IMG/VR virus record: IMGVR_UViG_3300046810_000338
Span: 1-64,000 of that record
Direction: 5' to 3' (one strand)
Length of the DNA: 64,000 bases
The notes below the pieces were generated by a model. That model was not told the DNA's origin, did no database searches, and worked only from the letters and a program-made list of their open reading frames with translations. Within the stretch, counting starts at the first letter, position 1. Each line of letters starts with the position of its first letter. Positions 63,266-64,000 of this stretch are shown here, one piece after another. The position numbers and the translations under genes are program-made.

Positions 63266-63535
63266 ATTCGGTAAGGCGCTTCGTTTAGACGCAGCGCCAT
63301 GCTGGATGTGAGCAAAGCCCTTTGGGGCAATAGGGTCATGGGATAGATCCCCTAATTCCCAATTGTGGAAAAGTCCTGCTCACCCCTTGTCGGATGCCCG
63401 AAACAAACTGTGTCGTTACACGGAGCTGACTCTCCATCGGGATAAACATCTGGCGGAAGATAGGGTGACACAAATGCTTCCTGACCGTAGGTTGGGAAAA
63501 GATCATGGGTAGGCTGCCCAGTGTTCACCCGGTAT
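63266..63535 (+). ncRNA. Candidate multi-domain structured RNA in chmA 3' region
   Basis: Nearly every base fits into nested helices forming three multibranch domains (see findings). Confidence 0.6.
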
Positions 63536-63555
63536 AGCCCTCCTTCGGGAGGGCT
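63536..63555 (+). terminator. UUCG hairpin followed by TTATGCC and T-tract
   Basis: AGCCCTCC-ttcg-GGAGGGCT; TTATGCC at 63560. Confidence 0.8.
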
Positions 63556-63596
63556 TTACTTATGCCCTCACTTACATTTTTTGTTGGAGGATTATC

Positions 63597-64000
63597 GTGG
63601 GATTAGTTGCGTATATTCTTGACCATAAACAGGTCATGGAAGATTTGCCGACCCCTCCTCTTATTGTCAATGACCTGAATTTGGACTTGGGTACCAAAGA
63701 AGGTCGCGATCAGTTGGCACTGTATTTGTCCTGTTCGTTCGAGGGCGATACGATTCCCACTATTCCAAGTTGTTTGGGTGGGCACATTACTGGCGAGCGT
63801 TACCTCGGCCGGTACTGTAAAAAGTGTAACACCAAAGTTACTAACCTGGTTGACCGGGCGATTGACAGTGGTGTTTGGATTGCTCCGCCAACTGGAGTAA
63901 AAGGGTTCATTCACCCAGAAGTGTGGAACGTTCTGTCCCCACGGCTGACGCCGCTCAAGTCGTTCTCCATGCTCAGTTGGATCTGCGATCCGTTCTATCC
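63597..64000 (+). CDS. Non-virion RNA polymerase beta-prime subunit, N-terminal part (phiKZ gp55-like), truncated by window end
   Basis: Hand-translated: GGAGG RBS, GTG start, MGLVAYILDHKQVMEDLPTPPLIVNDL...PSCLGGHITGERYLGRYCKKCNTKV...SGVWIAPPTGVKGFIHPEVW; Zn-finger; follows chimallin. Confidence 0.85.
   Translation, partial: MGLVAYILDHKQVMEDLPTPPLIVNDLNLDLGTKEGRDQLALYLSCSFEGDTIPTIPSCLGGHITGERYLGRYCKKCNTKVTNLVDRAIDSGVWIAPPTGVKGFIHPEVWNVLSPRLTPLKSFSMLSWICDPFY

Larger units (their letters stand above)
1..64000. other. Nucleus-forming phiKZ-like jumbo phage (Chimalliviridae) genome segment
   Basis: PhuZ tubulin, phiKZ-type PolB, chimallin and nvRNAP beta-prime N-terminus in the conserved order (pol - reverse-strand conserved gene - chmA - RNAP), plus dense phage-style short ORFs. 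Confidence 0.95.

Noticed and set aside
63366-63535. RNase P RNA (GGAAAAGTCC and ACCCGG resemble CR-I and CR-V)
   Set aside because: The P4 helix cannot form (GTCCTGC does not pair with ACCCGG), and those bases are used by other helices.
56978-64000. Intron, intein or homing endonuclease in DNA polymerase or RNAP
   Set aside because: Reading frames are continuous, with no intein C/S...HN motifs or intron-like interruptions visible in the window.
1-64000. tRNA genes, rRNA or CRISPR array
   Set aside because: No cloverleaf with a TTCGA T-loop and no regularly spaced direct repeats were found in intergenic regions by eye; tRNAscan-SE and a CRISPR finder would confirm.

Overview
Segment of a nucleus-forming (phiKZ-like, Chimalliviridae) jumbo phage genome; the host cannot be determined from the sequence. 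Recognisable hallmarks are PhuZ tubulin (47667-48707), the phiKZ-type family B DNA polymerase (56978-59239), chimallin/ChmA nuclear shell protein (61211-63262) and the start of a non-virion RNAP beta-prime subunit (63597-end). The left end holds a minus-strand array of paralogous virion-type proteins and dTTP-supply genes (tmk, folA, dcd, thyA). About 40 kb of accessory genes follow, including candidate NADAR, ADP-ribosyltransferase, PDE-like and classical HD hydrolases, CYTH, SLOG, TIKI/ChaN-like, Ntn-peptidase, SspB-like and a sponge-like fusion protein. Non-coding signals read from the DNA: a 17-bp promoter-like motif in 7 strong copies, a recurring hairpin-TTATGCC-(T-tract) module at gene boundaries, and several densely base-paired intergenic regions. 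The best of these is a ~265-nt three-domain structured RNA candidate directly behind chmA. Family calls come from motif recognition by eye, not database searches. No tRNA, rRNA, CRISPR array or integrase was seen.
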